DNA from: an uncultured Candidatus Saccharibacteria bacterium
Lineage (GTDB): Bacteria > Patescibacteriota > Minisyncoccia > UBA6257 > JACRHW01
Assembly: GCA_964388055.1 (NCBI GenBank)
Contig: CAYLXU010000001.1
Coordinates: 17,120-58,061, forward strand
Direction of reading: 5' to 3'
Length of the DNA: 40,942 bases
Below, piece by piece: positions 38,769 to 40,942 of the stretch. A model generated the notes under the pieces. The model had not been told where the DNA came from. It saw only the letters and a program-made list of their open reading frames with translations, and ran no database searches. The position numbers were made by a program, and so were the translations under genes. Each line of letters opens with the position of its first letter. Positions within the stretch are counted from its first letter, which is position 1.

Positions 38769-40054
38769 CAGTGTTCTCCTTTCTTTGAGTAGTAGGGTGT
38801 TTCTACGAGGGCGGATATAAGTGCGTTTAAAAGTTGTGTGGAGATTTCCTTGAGTTCTTGCATCAATTCAATTTTCCCTTCTCCCGAGATCGTATCAAGT
38901 CGCTTCTGTGTGCGTTCTGTAAGATCTGTTGGTACAGTAAAGCGGGCCTCGAGGTTATAGAGAAGTTCCTCTAACGTCTCACGAAATCGTTCTGTCATGA
39001 GGTCTTTTGTTGTCTGAAGTACTGTCTCAAACCGCTCTTTTCGTCTGTTTGCATAGTGTATTCCTCCAGCAAATTTTTTTTCGACGAGCGTTCTTATAGA
39101 ATGTGGGTACTGAATCCACGGAAACGCTACAATTGTTTCCGGATTTTTTTCAGACATCTCTTCCCAGTTTCGAAAAAATCCCGCTTCAGTAAGATGTTCT
39201 TTTTTTAGGTATCCTCTATAATCACTTCCGTGAGATAACAAAAATTCGCTTTGCCAGAAATGGGAGATAAGTCTTTCATGCCAGTCCTTGTCTCGCAGAG
39301 AAAAGTCAGGATAGTTTCCGAGACACACATCACCGCCGCTACAGTTAGGGAGACTAGGTAAGAAGATGGCATCTTCTTCACTCTCCACTGGGGTGGATCG
39401 GAAAAAAGCCATGAGCTGATGAAATCTGTTGTTTATGAAAGAGACAAGAAAATAAATCCAGGGAAATGACAACCTTCGGCGGGCCCCGGATATTTTAATA
39501 GTTCTTCTTTGGGGTGGTTCTTCAATACAGAATAATGTGATATGTTCATATCCAGTTTCAGTTTCCCACACAAACCGGGTTCCGGGGGGCAGCATTCCTG
39601 AGCTGCGAATACCGTTTGTTGTTTTTCCTTGTTCACGATCTTCCTGTTCGAGAAAACGTTTGATTTCCGCAAAACATTCTTCAAGAAGTGGTCGCATGAA
39701 GGCTTCTCCGTCTGCTCCTATTTTTTTGATAAGTTCCATACGAATATTCCGTTCTCCTGTAGTAAGGATTTGCTCTAGATCTGGCCTCGTGCGTTCAAGC
39801 ATTGAGCGAACTAGGTTCCACACATTGTTGTGCATCCATGCATTAAGAGTTGTTTCAAGGGTGTTTCGTACAATCAAAGGGAGCGCTTCTGTGAGCGACC
39901 CCTTAGGGGACATTTCAATCGTCTTCTTTGGAAAAACACCTAGAACGTGTTCTGTTTTTTCCTCAGGGCACCATCCCATTCCTTGCCTATCAACAAGGGC
40001 TTGGTTGAGCAGTTCGTTTGGGAGTAGCACTGTAGAACATTCTTTTTTACGCAT
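38768..40054 (-). CDS. 428-aa orphan, candidate E2/UBC-like conjugating enzyme with helical N- and C-terminal extensions
   Basis: It is the first gene of the cassette, with the SD AGGAGAA 8 nt upstream. Its centre reads as beta-strand-like segments (FVWETETGYEHITLFCIEEPP, RRLSFPWIYFLVSF, QLMAFFRS) followed by LPSLPNCSGGDVCLGNYPD (residues 232-250). That loop resembles the UBC HPN-x-x-x-G-x-[IV]-C-L active-site loop. Confidence 0.4.
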   Translation of the reverse strand: MRKKECSTVLLPNELLNQALVDRQGMGWCPEEKTEHVLGVFPKKTIEMSPKGSLTEALPLIVRNTLETTLNAWMHNNVWNLVRSMLERTRPDLEQILTTGERNIRMELIKKIGADGEAFMRPLLEECFAEIKRFLEQEDREQGKTTNGIRSSGMLPPGTRFVWETETGYEHITLFCIEEPPQRRTIKISGARRRLSFPWIYFLVSFINNRFHQLMAFFRSTPVESEEDAIFLPSLPNCSGGDVCLGNYPDFSLRDKDWHERLISHFWQSEFLLSHGSDYRGYLKKEHLTEAGFFRNWEEMSEKNPETIVAFPWIQYPHSIRTLVEKKFAGGIHYANRRKERFETVLQTTKDLMTERFRETLEELLYNLEARFTVPTDLTERTQKRLDTISGEGKIELMQELKEISTQLLNALISALVETPYYSKKGEH

Positions 40055-40089
40055 GTTTTATTCTCCTCTCTTCGTCCTTGGTCTCTACA

Positions 40090-40103
40090 GCTTCATGTGA
40101 AGC
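40090..40103. promoter_or_regulatory. Palindrome GCTTCA-TG-TGAAGC in the cassette 5' leader (candidate operator or leader hairpin)
   Basis: It has 6-bp arms with a 2-nt spacer and lies between the predicted transcription start (about 40130) and the SD of the first cassette gene. Confidence 0.3.
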
Positions 40104-40136
40104 CGGGCTTTGGTTTTCAAGGCATGGTCTATGCAT

Positions 40137-40165
40137 GTATTATCACGATTTCTCATATTGGTCAA
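40137..40165 (-). promoter_or_regulatory. Cassette promoter TTGACC-17 nt-TAATAC with extended -10 (TGa)
   Basis: The minus strand has TTGACC (40165-40160), a 17-nt spacer ending in TGA, and TAATAC (40142-40137). This gives a 5' UTR of about 75 nt. Confidence 0.5.
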
Positions 40166-40185
40166 TAAATTTTTCTGTTTTTTCT

Positions 40186-40215
40186 TTGACACCAACTGAT
40201 ACCATTTGATACCAT
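40186..40215 (+). promoter_or_regulatory. Divergent promoter of the HTH gene, TTGACA-18 nt-(TGa)TACCAT, 6 nt before the ATG
   Basis: TTGACA is at 40186-40191 and TGATACCAT at 40207-40215. A second direct copy of TGATACCAT is at 40197-40205. AGGAAT then precedes ATG 40222. Confidence 0.45.
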
Positions 40216-40221
40216 AGGAAT

Positions 40222-40467
40222 ATGGGAAAAATTCAGCCTGAAAATGTGTATACTACACAAGAGGCGCAGGATTATTTAAAGATAAGTGTAAGTACCATGA
40301 AACGTTTACTGAAGAATGGTATTATTCGCGCAAACAAAATTGGTGGGCAATACCGTATCATGGGCAGGGAGTTGTTACGTCTTGTTTCGCCAGAGATGGA
40401 AGAAAAAGCCGCAAACTTGTATCAAAGAGTAAAGCGAAAAACAAAAGCCGCCATACAAGATTGGTGA
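40222..40467 (+). CDS. Excisionase-family (MerR-like) helix-turn-helix DNA-binding protein
   Basis: VYTTQEAQDYLKISVSTMKRLLKNGIIRANKIGGQYRIMGRELLRLV matches the excisionase-type HTH pattern (t..EaA.yL.vs..tv.rl...G.i.a.kiG..yRi....l). Confidence 0.75.
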   Translation: MGKIQPENVYTTQEAQDYLKISVSTMKRLLKNGIIRANKIGGQYRIMGRELLRLVSPEMEEKAANLYQRVKRKTKAAIQDW

Positions 40468-40495
40468 ATTTTTCACTTTTCAATTTAAAATTTTT

Positions 40496-40523
40496 CCACC
40501 AAAGGTGGATCCGCCTTTGGCGG
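40496..40523 (+). terminator. Twin mini-hairpins, or one alternative 7-bp hairpin, after the HTH gene
   Basis: CCACC-AAA-GGTGG (40496-40508) and CCGCC-TTT-GGCGG (40511-40523). Alternatively CCAAAGG (40499-40505) pairs with CCTTTGG (40514-40520). There is no clear T-run. Confidence 0.3.
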
Positions 40524-40571
40524 ACACTCAATTTTCAATGGCTATTTTTTAAAAAGTAAAAATTTAACTTC

Positions 40572-40942
40572 ATGGAAGTTGTAATTAAGCCCATCAAACC
40601 CCTGCGTATCGATTGGAGAGAGCTTTGGCGCTATCGCGAGCTTTTTTATTATCTTGCATGGCGCGATGTGAAAGTTCGTTACAAACAAACCATTATAGGA
40701 GTTACATGGGCCATTCTCCAACCATTTTTGATGATGGTGGTGTTGGGAGTATTTTTGGGGAGGGTTATTAACGTACAGACAAATGATATACCGTATCCCG
40801 TTTTTTCTTTTATCGGACTTTTGTTTTGGAATTATTTTTCTAATTCTTTAGGAAGTGCGAGTAATAGTCTTGTAAGCAACCAATCAATAATTCAAAAAAT
40901 CTATTTTCCACGCGTTATCTTACCCATAGCCTCCACAATGGT
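40572..40942 (+). CDS. ABC-2 type polysaccharide/teichoic-acid exporter permease (Wzm/TagG-like), 3'-truncated by the window end
   Basis: My own translation from ATG 40572 gives MEVVIKPIKPLRIDWRELWRYRELFYYLAWRDVKVRYKQTIIGVTWAILQPFLMMVV...YPVFSFIGLLFWNYF...IIQKIYFPRVILP, which is the canonical ABC-2 permease N-terminal signature. It is absent from the ORF track because no stop codon falls inside the window. Confidence 0.85.
   Translation, partial: MEVVIKPIKPLRIDWRELWRYRELFYYLAWRDVKVRYKQTIIGVTWAILQPFLMMVVLGVFLGRVINVQTNDIPYPVFSFIGLLFWNYFSNSLGSASNSLVSNQSIIQKIYFPRVILPIASTM

Noticed and set aside
36970-40054. Alternative reading of the cassette as a sulfur-carrier pathway (ThiS/MoaD-like, ThiF/MoeB and a Mec/JAB hydrolase, as in CysO-type cysteine or thioquinolobactin synthesis).
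   Set aside because: This is not fully excluded but less likely. There is no CysM, ThiG, ThiH, MoaE or rhodanese partner. The E1 lacks the zinc CxxC pairs. The Ubl ends in K-G rather than G-G. The fourth gene has an E2-like Cys loop. HMM and neighbourhood analysis are needed to settle it.
36970-40054. A higher GC content of the Ubl cassette as evidence of horizontal transfer.
   Set aside because: Hand counts of a few 60-nt lines gave about 42-63 percent in the cassette against about 35-47 percent in housekeeping genes. The overlap and tiny sample make this inconclusive, so a proper windowed calculation is required.
39537-40100. Long antisense or shadow ORFs. Examples are 39537..40100 +, 37078..37593 +, 23857..24477 -, 34370..34990 -, 21162..21572 -, 35639..36046 -, 584..997 +, 913..1287 -, 4267..4578 - and 8125..8523 -.
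   Set aside because: Each is embedded opposite to or out of frame with a well-supported gene. Their composition is low-complexity or Ser/Leu/Arg/Phe-rich, as is typical of non-coding frames. They have no SD and no motifs.

Overview
This is a 40.9-kb window from an AT-rich, tightly packed bacterial genome. The gene content includes a TrmB regulator, Hsp20, a lamin-tail-domain surface protein, a PilB-type ATPase, many orphan membrane and secreted proteins and a giant orphan ORF, and several genes appear leaderless. This resembles a small-genome Patescibacteria/CPR-type organism, but that is inference only. Three things stand out. (1) Positions 14044-35079 are a head-to-tail tandem duplication with a 10,513-bp period that appears perfect. 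The novel joint lies on a 10-bp microhomology (CAGAGCTTTT). It leaves a 3'-truncated copy of a giant gene abutting a 5'-truncated holA. As a result rpsT, an HPS-like gene, an SPFH module, ruvA, a murE-like ligase and the nudix-gmd-fcl GDP-fucose genes are each present twice. (2) At 36970-40054 (minus strand) lies a four-gene cassette whose first three genes are translationally coupled. In transcription order it encodes a 428-aa orphan with a cryptic E2/UBC-like P-N-x6-C-L loop, a JAB/JAMM metalloprotease (exact HxH-x7-S-xx-D), a minimal 235-aa ThiF/MoeB-type E1 adenylase, and a 72-aa beta-grasp ubiquitin-like protein ending in a free C-terminal Gly. The cassette has its own near-consensus promoter and a divergent excisionase-type HTH gene. 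Together with a 1429-aa orphan it sits between the GDP-fucose genes and a polysaccharide ABC-2 exporter gene. It therefore looks like an inserted accessory ubiquitin-like conjugation system of the Bil/PRTRC kind, possibly a defence system. (3) Between ruvB and the PilB-type gene, an element of about 165 nt closed by a 26-bp stem (6275-6437) is flanked by a promoter and a T-run. It is a candidate unclassified ncRNA, or alternatively a MITE. The remaining genes are housekeeping (ruvC-yebC, ruvB, tsaE, polA-holA, a SOD and others). All calls come from reading motifs in the supplied translations and the raw sequence; no database search or folding program was available.
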